Shown here one piece after another: positions 40,877 to 53,250 of a DNA stretch of 64,000 nt. The notes under the pieces were generated by a model. That model saw nothing but the letters and a program-made list of their open reading frames with translations, ran no database searches and was not told the DNA's origin. A program made the translations under genes and the position numbers. This DNA is from Chlorokybus atmophyticus (taxonomy: Eukaryota > Plantae > Mesostigma and Chlorokybus algae), in assembly GCA_009103225.1 (NCBI GenBank), contig RHPI01002504.1:62001-126000 (forward strand), in the 5' to 3' direction. Each line of letters starts with the position of its first letter. Within the stretch, counting starts at the first letter, position 1.

Positions 40877-41859
40877 ACGTACCGGTAAGAACAGTGTAAT
40901 ACTTGCGTTATAGACTGTACCGACGGCCGCTTGGCGACTGTCGGCGGCGGAAATTGCACAGGAAGTCGGCGTTGTGAATTGACAGGCCCATAGGCAGTGC
41001 ATGCGCTAGCAATGTGCATAGGCTGTACCAGTATTAATCAACGGTATTACGTTATTTTAGGTCATTATTGATGACACAGACAGCCGGCTGCCAAGGTTTG
41101 TAAACTATAATGCTTTGTTGGGGGCTGTCCATGAGTATGTACCCTTGTTAGGGGTTGTCAACATCCTGCTTGCGTGCGCATACATAAATCTACATGTGTA
41201 TATATGTAAGCATTTGTGTATATAGTATATATAGTATATATAGTATTCATATCATATAAACGTATATGTACGTTTACATGATATAAATGTTAAAAACCGC
41301 ATTGCGGCACCAACGTAGGTATTTACTGGCTGGTTGGACACAATGCTTGGTCGGGGCTGTCAATCATTCTGCGGTCTCATAAGAGAGCTATTATAAAAAG
41401 TGACGTTATTTAAGTATATTTTTTGTAAGTATTTTTACATGAGACATACCTTATATACGGCTCAACCTAAATATTACTGATATAAACATTCAAATCTGCG
41501 TATTGATGCGAATAAGATTAGATACATTTGTGTACACGCTAACATATATATATATATATTATATGATACATTCAATGCATTGACCTATACACATGTATAA
41601 TGTTCATATATATCCGTAGCTAGACTTTAATAAACGCATAGAACATGTTAATGGTGCATGTCCACAAAGTTTTGCAAATACACTTACGGTACTATGAAGT
41701 ACAATCAGCCGCCGGCTATCCACTTGCGGCTGTCCACGGGTGTATCGCCGAGAGTCGGTGCGGCTTGTCAACACGTTAAGTGCGCTTGTGCAATCAGGCA
41801 TTTAGGCAATCTATTGTACCTTAGGTAGGTTGGTGCTACCTACTCATGATAGCGGCAGG

Positions 41860-42207
41860 GCCGCGGTCACTGGTCCGTGCTGCACCGTACATAATGCGGC
41901 GCGGACCGAGCGGCACCATGTACGGTGCGTGTAGTAGGGCCACAGGACTGCGGGACCGCATGTGGTCCGCATTCCAGGGCCAGCGTACATTACTGGTCCG
42001 TGCCGCACCATGGATGGTGCGGCACGGACCATGCGTAGTGCGCGTCGCCGCGCCAGCCATGCACGGGCCGCGGGGCCCCGCCCTACCCTAACCCCAACCC
42101 GAATGGACCAGGAACGGTCCGTCCCCCGCGGACCAGGCAGTCCTGGCCCGCGGGGTACGGATTATGCATGGTCCGCGGGGTCCGTGAAAGGACCATGCAT
42201 GGTCCTT
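41860..42207. repeat. GC-rich hairpin/palindrome-rich insertion with short telomere-like tract
   Basis: 17-bp perfect stem 41994-42010/42015-42031; 20-bp palindrome 42188-42207; 11-bp inverted repeat 41882-41892/41918-41928; CCCTACCCTAACCCCAACCCGAA at 42081-42103; many GGACC/GGTCC units. Confidence 0.7.
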
Positions 42208-42289
42208 CAACGTCAAGCCGTGTGAGGCCCTTGTTACAGCCATCGCAGAGCATCATAAGCGAGTCGTTGTCGGCGCTGCAGCGCTCGCA
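42208..42289 (-). pseudogene. Truncated PHD finger at the integrase C-terminus
   Basis: CERCSADNDSLMMLCDGCNKG followed by HT in a shifted frame (C4-H half of C4HC3); the rest is cut off by the 41860-42207 insertion. Confidence 0.7.
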
Positions 42290-45200
42290 ACCCGTGCTGC
42301 GGGCGGGGCGAGGGTTTTTAATGCGCCAGAACCCTGCTACGTAAGGGAGGTGACATGGCGCGCAGTTCACCATGTTGTCCTTCAACCTCTCGCCGTTCTG
42401 GCCTAGGAGGTTCAGTACCCCCTTGGGGTACACCTTGAGCACCGTGAAGTCTCTGCGGGGAACAGAGGTGTCGAGCGCGTCGTTAGTGGCCTCCATGCAG
42501 TAGGCGAAGTCTCCTGCTTGAAACCGGCGTTGGCACTCCCCATGGAAGCCACTGCACATGCGCTCATAGCGTACCGTGTCGCGGTGCTGCGCGATGCGCA
42601 AGTTGTTGAAGGACATAGGGACTGTACGCTCAAATAGTGCTGTGCGCGTGATAATGCCATAGTGCATCCAGTCGGGGTCGTCGAGGTTGTTCACCATGCG
42701 ATCCACCTCTCGCTGTGCACGGATAGGAAGCAGCGACGATCGCCCGAACAATAGATAGTACGGGCTATACTCGCACAGAGCTGCCTGTTTTGACAGTCAG
42801 TATCCAAGAGCCACCCATGGGAGGTGGTCATCCCAGGTGTTTTTTTCGTACTCCAGCACATACTTGCGGAGTGCCTTCTTTATGGTCTGCACCGTGTGCT
42901 TGGCGAGACCGTTAGCTTGGGGGTGGTCACGCGAGGTACGGCGATGGTCGATGTAGCACCTGTCTAAGAGAGTGACGAACTCCCCTCTGAACTTAAGGCC
43001 TTGGTTCTCAATGCCTTGGACATGAGAGAGGAAGGCTTGAGCCAGCCCCTTATGGCTCTTGTCGGGTAGTGGCACCAGCTCCACCCACTTGGAGAAGTGC
43101 TCGATTATCACCAGGATGCAACGGTTGCTGCGTGCCGAGGGTGGTAAGTCTCTCAAGATGTCAAGTCCCCATCGGTAGAATAGGCCGGAGATGGGAAGAG
43201 GGTGTAATGTGGCGCTGCGCGTGTTAAGGCTGGCGCGCACCATGTTACATTGTTGACAGTGACTCACGAACTCTTGCACCTGCTTGTACAACCCATGCCA
43301 CCAATAAGTGTGCCCTCACAAGGCTGATTGTGCGCTTGACACCAAAGTGTCCAAGCTCAGTGTGGCGGGCTGTGATGATGCCTTCGGGTGTGGCCGGGTT
43401 CGGCACCTCTTTGTCTTTACCATAGAGGCGACGATACAGCTTGTCATGCGCTAAGCGGTACTACTGGGTGCGCTGGTTGACGCGGTCTTGCTCATGCGCT
43501 CATACCGGAGGGAAGCTGACCACTTTGAAGGAAGGAGAGGGATGGCTTGTCCATCCGTATGTCCTGCCTGGTGTCGGTGCGTGCCAGCTCTGTGTCATCG
43601 ACATCAATGTTGCCACCGTGAGTGGTCCCTGCGGGTGTGGAGGTCGTGGAGCCGGTGGACTCAGGAGCAGGTACCTCTTCAGTTGTTGTTGAGGCACCGA
43701 CGTTGGTCTTGCGCCCTGCGCGCAACGCGGCGATAGCAAAAATGGCAGCCACGGTCGGAGCTAATGATGCAAGGCCAAGCTTATGCCGAGCTGTAGTTGT
43801 ATCGTTGGTGCTCATGTGGGGGTTACGATTGAGTCCATCGGCGATTTCATTGGCGAGGCCTGCGGTGGTCAATCTTGAAGTCATACTCCTGTAAAAGCAA
43901 GGCCCAACGGGCAAGTTTCCCTGTTAAATGTTGGTTGGTCATCAACCACTTGTGTGGCTGATAATTGGTGATCAACTAAAATTGGCGGCCGAAGAGGCAG
44001 GGTCGGAAGAAGGAGATAGCCCACACTGCAGCGAGACACTCTCCTTTGTTACCGCTGTAGTTGGCCTTGGCACTGTTGTTGCTCCGGCTGGCGTACGACA
44101 CCACCCGCTCCGTCTTGCTCTCAGCGTGCTGCACCGGCACGGCTCCCATCCCGAGCTTGCTCCAATCGATGTGAAGGATGAAAGCCTTGGTGTAATTAGG
44201 GCGTTGAAGGATGGGTGCTGTGGTGACCTTGCTTTTTAGCTCCTCGGAAGCCTGCTGTTGCGGCTCCTTCCACACGAACTCCACTTCTTTGTTCAGTAGC
44301 TCGTTGAGGGGTCACGCTATCTTTGCGAAGTCCTTCACGAACCGGTAATGGTAGTTGGCAAGGCCCAAGAAGGCGCGTGAGGTTTGTTGGAGCAGGGATT
44401 GCTGCAAGGGCCTCCACCTTTGCCTGCTGTACGTACACACCGTGGGGCACAACCATGTGTTATAAAGAGGGTACCTTATGAGTGAAGAAGGTGCACTTGT
44501 CGGGTGCACAGTCATCCCCACTCCCTTGAGCCTCTCCAGCACCTCCTCGATGTCATGTGGGTGCTCTTCAATGCTGCGGCTGAAAATGAGGATGATTGTC
44601 GATGTAGCACCGCGCAAAGTCCAGCCCCTTCAAGGCTTTGTCCATCATGCGCTAAAACTTGGCGAGGGCATTCTTCAGCCCGAACGGCATTGCCTTCCGC
44701 TGGTACAACTGTCGGTTGCCTCAGAAGGAAGTTTTGTGCTTGTCCTCGTCCTTGATGGCGATTTGGGTGTACCCTTGGCGCCTATCGAGGATGCTGAAGA
44801 TCGTGCAGTCTCCTACATCGTCAAAAATGCCCTCTGCTGTAGGCATTGGGTACCTATCTTGTTTGGTCTTGTTGTTGAGGGGACGGTAGTCGCCGCACAT
44901 GCGCCGTTCTGTCCAGTTGCCTGCCGAATCCTTTTTCAGGGGCATAACGGTCGCGGCTGCAAAGTTTGATGTGAACTTCTCAATAAGGCATGCGTCCAGC
45001 AGCGCCTTACACCTCTATTCCATCATATCCTCCTCTAGCTTGGAGAGCCTATATTGCCGTCGAAACACTGGCTCAGTGTCCACCAATTCGATGTCCATCT
45101 TGTACACTGAACATGTACGCAGCTCCTTTACGTTAAGGCTGAATTGGCTCCTCCACTTGGTGAGGAGAGCCTCTAGCTTCTCTCCTGTATCCTCCGTTGC

Positions 45201-45389
45201 AAGAGGGCTAATGGCGTGGTCCCAAGACGTTGCGCTGGCAACCACTGGGATGTCTTCCACTGTCACTGCTGCTTGCTCCTCCATGTGAACCACCTCGAGG
45301 GCTGTGTGAGCTGCCTTGATGTCTGCAATATGAGCCCACCCCCCAGCCAGGTGTTTGAAATCCTCAAAAGACACATGGCAGCCCTGCAA

Positions 45390-46354
45390 CGCGAAGCTTA
45401 TCTCCAGCAGCCGGACCATGCTGTTTTGATCCATGGCGCGACCGAGCAGCTGAGATTGCTGAATGTCGGTCAGCGGGGACCCTGTGATATGTTGGGAAAA
45501 AACCCCATGGCGCGTTTGTGCTCACGTGCGTAGGGTTCTTCCAGCCCGCCCGTTGTGGTGTCGAACACCATGCCATCGCCGCTATTGCGGAAGGCATAGG
45601 ACCCTGGGTAGGACACCTACGTGGGAAGTGCGCTGCGCGGTTGACCAGGTTGGTTGCATTTGTAGAAGTGGATGTGGTCAAGACGTGTAACAGGTTGAGC
45701 TCTATGGTTGCGGTCGAGGATGTCATTAACCAAGAGGTTGCGTGGCCGTGTACTCCGCGTGTACTCTGCTGTCATCAGTTTTTCCGTGGTGGCCAGATTT
45801 GTCCACTTCGCACGGACGCGATGTGCACGGGAACCATGGCGCGTTCCGTTCACCTTGAGTGGATGCCCAAGCACAGAGCACACTTCCCTGTAGGTGGAGG
45901 CTACATGGGGACGCTGGCCAACTTCTAAGTGCACGTTTTCCATGATGTACCCTAGTGGCCTAAAGATCTGATGATGTTGGAGGAGGTGGATGCCTCTCAT
46001 CAACTCCCAAAACAGACATGAGCGAGGGTCGTCAAGGCCTTGGCCTTTTCTTGCCCTGAAGTAGCCTTGGCACTCCCATCCAGCTATTAACAAGTCGATG
46101 TTGCCAAGGGACAGCAAGTGGTCCTCTGTGATTAGTCGGATGGCTTGTGGCAATACTTTGATGATGCCTTGCAGTGCCGACGAGGGTAGTTGTTGTGGAT
46201 AGCGTCCGTGCACTTTACGCAGATGGTGCTTAAGGGATGTTTGAACGCGTGGATTAGGGTTGCAATAATAATACTTGGTGGCTTTGACGCCTGTATTGAG
46301 GACTGCAGCGAGACCACTGCCGATGCCTCCGAACAGTTCAAACACCGTGATGCG
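45390..46354 (-). pseudogene. C5 cytosine DNA methyltransferase domain within the retrotransposon pol (one nonsense codon, one frameshift)
   Basis: Motif I ITVFELFGGIG; IV DLLIAGWECQG (Cys codon 46070-46072); VI YIMENV (ENV 45932-45940); VIII RAHRVRAKW; IX EEPYAREHKRAMGF; X QLLGRAMD. TAG at 45617-45619, frameshift near 45478. Confidence 0.92.
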
Positions 46355-49300
46355 TTGCTGCCGCCGAAAGGTAGGTATGGAACTCTACGACTCCGGTGGC
46401 TACCATGTGCTGGTCTTGCATCATGTCGTGTCCCTTGTGGTGGTGGAAGCGCGAAGTGATCAGCGGCTGGGTCAGCAAGAGGTGTGCGTCCATCTGTGCC
46501 CGCTAACGGCGTTCAGCTGGGTCTTGTAATGCCACCTCCACCGTGGCATCCTTCGGCTCCTCAGTGTCAGGGATGGGAACGGCGTTGTCTGTGCGGCAAG
46601 GGGCTGCGGCGACGGCAGTGACTCTTGTGCGGTTGCTGTCATATGTGGCTGATGCCGTCTTCTGTGTGCGCACATGATTGCGCGTGGCTGTGGCAGCCAC
46701 TTTGCATTGGGCACGCGCGCGCGACACCAAGTCCAGAGGCAAAAAGCCCTGTACCTTTTCATCCCAATGTGGTCGGAACCATGCTCGCTCTGTCCAGCAG
46801 TCAAGGCCCATACCCACGGGGAAGTTGAAGTCTTGTCCAAGCAGGAAATCAACGGAGCTAGCATTGGTGACAACGCATTGATGAACGGTCTTTATGGTGT
46901 GGGTCGGGTCAAGCCCTTTCAACCGGATGCAGAAGGCCTCCTTGGTGACCCCGATCACCTTGTCACCACTCCCCATTGCTGTGTCCAATACGTATGGGCA
47001 GGGCATCAGGTCCAAACAAGTGATGCCAAGGGATCGCGCAAGGAAGCGCCTGATGATGAATCGCTGTGCACCGGTCCAACAGCATTTGCTTGGGTGCCAG
47101 GCCGTTGATGGTCACATGCTTGTTTTGGTTGGCTACCATGGCAGCGTTGGCGTTGATGTGTAGCCTCTGGGTGCGGGCTGTTGGCACTGGTGCCTCATGT
47201 CTCTAAGCTAAAGGTACAGCGCGCATCGCAACCAAAGCTCCTATGCCTGCTGGGTCTTGACTACCGCCTCGTTGTCCTCTCCCTCTGCTAAATCGACCTT
47301 GTCGTGGTGGTTGGTGGTACACGGGGAGGCCTTTGCACTAAGGGTTCCGGCGCTGGCTGTGGTAGAGGTGATGGTGGATGCCGCATTTGAAAGGATGGAA
47401 TTATGCCTGCCGGCTTCCCCAATGGTTGTGGAGGGAAGCCTGGCAGACCCGGTGTTTGCGGGCCTGTCTCGCGTTTTGCTTGCTTTGCGGCGTAGGTCCA
47501 TCGAACAGCATGAGCTGCCTCTCTAACCAATGTCCCTTCCCACGTGGTTGTGGGCTCTGTGTCCACATCGGTCTAGTGGTAATATTTTGGCATGGGCTGC
47601 CGGTATACTGTGCGCAGTAACTGCTGCTGCATGTTGTGAGTGACGGTGGGGACTCGCAAGATCCCTGCCATGTAGGCATCCCACCTGCCTTGTACCACGC
47701 CCACATCGAGCACGGTCATGGTGTGCGCTCGTATGGTGCGTAGGAGGTCGGTCTGCTGCGCATGTAGCTTGTGAGCAATAGCGATGCACCGACGTTGCCG
47801 CGATGCTTCTACTCCCGGCAGCCGCAGCATTGCCCCATGCACTCCCTCCAGAGTGTCTGGCGCGGTGATGGCAGCTTCATCGTATGCTTGCCGCAGCGAG
47901 GGTACAAATGCCCCCAACCATGATGCTCTGTCGCCAAAGGCGAATCTGGGGACAACGGGGTGATTGGCGACGAGCCACGTCACGAGTCGTGCTCGAGAGG
48001 CGCTGCCTTCTCGCATCCCCATTATCTGTCTCAATGCACTGCCCTCAGGCCGGTGCAGCATGAGTGCTTGCCGAATGAGAGCGGTACGAAGTTGTTGTTC
48101 TCCTACCATACCAGCTCCTCCTCGCTGGGTGGAATTTCCTTGTGGGGTGAGGTAACCTTGCCCTGCATCCCGCTGATCGTCGGGCATACCATCGATTAAA
48201 GGGGGCAGTAGCGGCGCGATTACCCCCTAATTGTTGCGCCAACGCCCTCGCTTGGTCAGCAACAATTGCTTGCCCTGGCTGGGTGACTCTGGTTGGTGCC
48301 GGTTGTACCACGGCAAGCGCAGTGGAGGTGCCAGCGACATCTGACGGTCTTGCGAGTTGCACCGCAGCGGCGCGTACTGCTTCGTACGCTTGTCGGCGTG
48401 CGTCAATTTGCACGGCTTGATCTGGTCGAGAGCGGTGTGTCTGTTCAAGAGAAAAGCACCGTTTTTGGTGACTTCCCGGTGTGAGTCCACTAAGTGCCGG
48501 GTCAGTGCCCGGCGACATGTTGGAGGTGGTCACCACGAGGTCCTGCATTTGGCAATGCTGAAGTCCAAGCAGGTCCAGCGGTAAAGGCTCAAAGTCAATT
48601 TGTTGCGCTGGCATGGGCTGTCGCTATCGGTTGGGTGCGGTCTGCAGCCTTGCGCGCAATGTTAAAAAAAACTAAGTTGCCAGCTCCAACACAGCGGGGC
48701 GTCGGTATTTGGACCAAAAGAGACGATCTCTCATTTTAGAAGCAGTGCCAGCTAAAATCTCATCTTCCAACTGTCATTGGGTGGGCTCTGGCAGTGTATG
48801 ATATTCGAGCAGTAGTAGCGGCATGATGCGATCACCTCGCGCTACGTGTGTCGTGCGTTGCCCCCCGAATCCGTACGCAATGGTGGTGGGCTCGATGTTG
48901 CGTAGGACGGACACCTAAGCGCGCTCTGCTTGCGGTCCGCGTGGCACTTGTTGAGTGTAATCAAGGTGCGGAGGAGGGGCCGCACGAACCCCTGATGGTG
49001 CGGCGGCATTGGCAGCTGGGGGTGACAGAGGTGCGGCAATATTAACTGCAGCAACAGTCGTGGCACCTGCAACAGTCATTGTGACGAAGGTTGCCGCTTT
49101 GAGCGTTGCAGCAGTCGGGACTGGGGCCGTGTCCGCAGTTGTAGCGGATGTGGTGCCAACACCACCAATGGGTACGCCAGCCATGGCAGCAGCCTCAGTG
49201 CCGGTCATCTCTGGCACCAACGTGGTGCTGGGTGTATCCGCGCTGGCGGCACCTGTGGGTGTTGTCATCGGCGGTGTCGTCGATGGGGTCGTCCCAGCAA

Positions 49301-49399
49301 GGGTTGTGGCCACCGAGCCAGCCCCACTTGTGGCCTTCAGCGACGCTGTTGTTAATGCGCCTGCCTCTCTGCGCGCACGTCTCAATGGTTGAACACACC

Positions 49400-49935
49400 A
49401 TGCAGGGGGGGGGGGTCTCGTTCACGTTTGGTGCCATTAAGGCCCATCGGGCAGCGTAGCAGGCTTGGTAGTTTTGCTCCTTGTTATCTTCCAGCTAGGC
49501 CACTCGTGCCATGAGGGCCGCGACTTGGTCGACAGCTTGTGAACTGGTTGCTCTGACAACAGCAGCTCCAATGTGAGGGCGTCCCTCAGGTCCCTTGCGC
49601 TGTGGAGGGCGGTTCTTCCCTCTGTAGCCAGTCTCCTCGTTTTGAGCGCCGGCGTGATTGTTGTTGGGGTTGTGGCCACCAGCGTTGTTGACGTTGTTGC
49701 CATTGTTGTGACCACCAGCGTTGTTGCTTTTGGTGTAGCCACCAATGTTGCTGTTGGTGTAGCCCCCGTGGTTGTTGTTGTTGTTATTGTTGTTGTTACT
49801 GACATAGCCACCAGCGTTGTTGCTGATGTTGTAGCCAATAGAGGGCCGCAGCTCGTGGAACTTGAGCCAGCATACTGCCTCCAAGTGTCCCGTCTTGTGG
49901 CAGTAGTCGCACACAAGCGTCACCAATTTGAGGAT
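49400..49935 (-). mobile_element. gag-like fragment with CCHC zinc knuckle and Asn/Gly-rich repeats
   Basis: CDYCHKTGHLEAVC followed by NNAGG/NNHGG repeats. Confidence 0.55.
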
Positions 49936-50643
49936 GCGTGGATTCAACACGGATAACCACATTACATCCACACCACCCATAAATACAATGCGGAGCGATA
50001 GCAACGCAACATATATTTCATACAAAATCAATAAGTGTTAAGTAATGCTGTAACTTGCATTGCATATTGATTACATATCACATTCACATAGCATCAAATA
50101 CCTACAGCATGTGTAGAATTGATATTGATCACTGTTGCTTGACACATGCCTTGCAGTATCCGCATTGACTTGTTAAGCAATTAATGCCAATCAATGTGGT
50201 CAACTTTGATTAATATGGCAACTTCTACAATTGATGACATTCATATTGATATCAATAATCGTAATAATATATAAATTTTATTAGATTATGACTGGCGTTG
50301 TGCGCTGCGGGTGGTGGCGGCCTGATCTGATCCGGAGGAGGCTACTGTAGCACTTAGACGGCATTGCCAACTTAGGCAGGATGAATGTTGGTTTGAGCAA
50401 TAATTTGTGCAGTGGTCACTGCCGACCTCAGGCTGTAATTACATTCAATAATAGGCCCGTGAAGTTACATTTTGGTACTCAACTAGTACATGGTTAGCAT
50501 GGTAAATGACAGAGGAAGAATTCCTTGTATACAGAGGAAGCCGTCAAGCTTGTCATGCGTTTGCAAGCAATATGCTAGCAGCAAACCAAGTTAAGGAATA
50601 TCACTACCTTGCTCTAGCCACTAAACTTAATGGCGGAAGTTGT

Positions 50644-51780
50644 TCACAAACCACAATTCCTTGGAAGTGTCTGAGTAATATCGCGCACCATGTGCACCTT
50701 CCTTAGAATGTTTTCTAACCCAACCACATCAAACCATGGTTGCCCAGCTCGCTCAGCCCATGTGTAGCGGCGCTGGCCGAGCAACGGTACTTGAGGGCCA
50801 TATTCATTATACCATCTGATTAAAGCGCAAGCATGTTCCGTTTGCTGCACATCCTTCATCAGGAACAAGAATCGCACTTGCCCAACCCATTCGACCACAC
50901 GGCTGTCAGTAACACCGCTGACAGCAACATCGTCAAAGTGGTCATAGCCATAGAAGTTAGGGTTGGCTCGCAATAGCTTTGAATTGCTATTGCCTCTGCT
51001 TGCAGCTGCAGCTTGTGGAGAGAGAGTGATACTGCGCACAACATCAACGTGCATACCTGCAATAATGTAATCAAATGCAAAACCCACGTGTAACGATTAC
51101 TTGTGATGCATATGGTGAAGTAAAGGGGCAACCATACACCCTAACGTGTCTGTAGAACAGCTGCATAATCATGCATGTGACCAGATGTTCTAACCTTATC
51201 CCAATGTATTGCAGGCAAGTTAACCCAGAGCACGGCATCCCCGCGCTTTCCACCACGACCTTCATAATCCAGTAGGTATTGCCGCGCAGCTAGGTGTAGA
51301 TGTTTTCACTCTGGCTGCTCTTCCAAACACTTGATTGCATACACGGAAGTTAGTTGCTCCGTTCGCATGCCTGCCAGAAACAACGCCGTGCGCCGAGACG
51401 GCAAGCGGTGATCGCCGAGGTTTGTTACCTGTATAAAGTGTGGCAATCAAGCAATGTAAGCAATCAGTTGAGAGGTCACTTCTATCACTTGTATCACGGT
51501 GATGGATCCATGCATTGACCATGTGCAATAACTACGATTGTGTGGCAGCTGCACATACCTGCCCGAGGTGTAAGTCCTTCCTACTCTTTCTTCTCCTTTT
51601 TGCAGGTATTAACGTGTTTATTGCTTTCGCGGCGCGCTTCCACGCTTTGTGGATGTGAGCTGTCTTCTTGCTAAGAGCCCTTCGCACAGCGACGCGCCTT
51701 ACCATCTGTTCAAGGCATAGTCAGGCAGGCAAGTAAGTGCATATATTGTAAGCGCCAAGTGTAGCTAGTCACCTGTGCAG
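50644..51780 (-). mobile_element. Plavaka-like (CACTA-related) transposase C-terminal remnant
   Basis: LEQMVRR; KHLHLAARQYL; LLRANPNFYGYDHFDDVAV...VGQVRFLF...ALIRWY...WFDVVGLENILRKVHMV. Family assignment is from remembered motifs, not a search. Confidence 0.55.
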
Positions 51781-51929
51781 CAACTGACTGAGCGTGCTTG
51801 TTGGTAGCACTGTATGGTTCATGAGAAACATTCTTATGGTCCTCTTCCCAAGTTTGTGCATCATATTCATCCAAGCCTGGTTACATTGAGATTACGGCAA
51901 CCTGAGGTTGCCGTAATCTTCGGTGCACT

Positions 51930-53250
51930 CCTTTTAATAGTGCCCATGTCGGCCACACCAATGGCACAGCATTGGAGCAATAAGGGCAGCATAAGCTGAC
52001 CGTTTGTCCTTGTTGCGCGTGACCGGAGCAGCCCGACTGCAACCTCGTCGAGGGGGCTCAGCACTCGCGCTTGCCATGGGACGTGAGGCGCATCGGTTGG
52101 TGTCCAACACTGCCTTCTCATACACCGCACGCTTGTGAATGGCTTGTGCAGTTTCGAAAGCTTCCTTGAGGGTGTAGCCGAGGGGCCTATTGTAGTTTAG
52201 TGTCAAAGGCGTCGACTCACTAAAGGTGGGGTCCAACTCATCCACGTACACCACTGCGGCTGCCTCCTCACTGACAATCTTGTGATCAGTGTCCCTCAGT
52301 AGTCCTTCCAGCCGCGAATACAGCCGGAGAGGGTCCTTGCTGGGCTTCCGTTGAAAGCGTCTCAACAATTCTACCTTGCTAATGGTCTAGGGCGGAAAGG
52401 TACGCCGCAGTGCCACGTACAAGTCCTAGAAAGGAGAGTCCGATATGATAGCACCAACGGTGATGGCTGGTGCGCGCAATGCCACCGAGCCAACTGTGAA
52501 AAGGCTGTCTCCTGCCGGAGTATGCGAGCCCGGTGTTGGCGGTACTGGTGTCCCCGTTTTTAAGGCTGCAGCTTGTTGTTCAACTTGCTGAGCCTCGATG
52601 ATGGCAGCGGTGCGGTTAAGCACTCTGGTCCGTCAATCGGCAGTCTTGACCCCGACCTCTGCAGGTGTTATCGAGGCAACAACCAGCTAGGCTTTTTCGT
52701 CCTCTGCTTGTTACATGGCTACGGCTCACGCCCGCCCAGTGACTGGGATTGGAGGGACCACTGCTGATGAGACAGCAGCTGCTGGGCTATACGTCAGTGC
52801 ATGTGCTATAGTGCTGACAAGCTCGCCATAGCCATCGACTCTATGCAGCTCAGCAATGGACTTCGACACTTCGTGTGCCTCATGATGATCAAGGTACTGC
52901 GCCATGATACGGAATGACACCTCATCTGACCAGTCTTTGTTCTTGAAGGGCTTGCTGCCGCATCTTGGAGTGGAACTTGATGATGAACTCATCAAGTGGT
53001 GTGGTGCCCGCAAATCTAGAGAAGCGCATGGAGTTGGTTGAGCTGGAAGGCTCTATTTCTTCGTCATCAATGTCCGAAGGAGGTGGAGAAGCTTGATGGC
53101 AAGGAGTGAGGTGGGAGCAGGTGAAGCCCGAAACGGGGCGTGAGCCTCTGCTGCTACGGTAACTGCTTCCTTCACTTGCCCGTTCGTAGGTGAGGTTGGA
53201 GGTCGGGCTCTAGCTGCTAAGGTCCCCCTCATCTATTGGCGAGAACGGGG
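51930..53250 (-). mobile_element. Degenerate retrotransposon gag with zinc knuckle
   Basis: RRFQRKPSKDPLRLYSRLEGLL...TLKEAFETAQAI...CHWCGRHGHY; broken by frameshifts. Confidence 0.65.

Larger units (their letters stand above)
42208..48900 (-). mobile_element. Degenerate Ty3/Gypsy retrotransposon with pol order protease - C5 DNA methyltransferase - RT - RNase H - integrase - PHD finger
   Basis: LLD(T)GAQ protease (~47080, 1-nt deletion); DNMT motifs; RT RMCGDYRPLN...DRYPMP...LDRRQGYTQI...MPFGLKNA; RNase H FILHIDWSKLGMGAV...YASRSN...GECLAAVWAI; integrase HTELGHFGVKRT...CQQC...RWGLDIL...HPQANGL. The 5' boundary is approximate and no LTRs were identified. Confidence 0.9.

Noticed and set aside
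45390-46354. DNMT as a host gene or bacterial restriction-modification contaminant
   Set aside because: It has no introns, unlike host genes here, has no cognate nuclease, and is in frame with RT and flanked by retroviral-type protease and RT.
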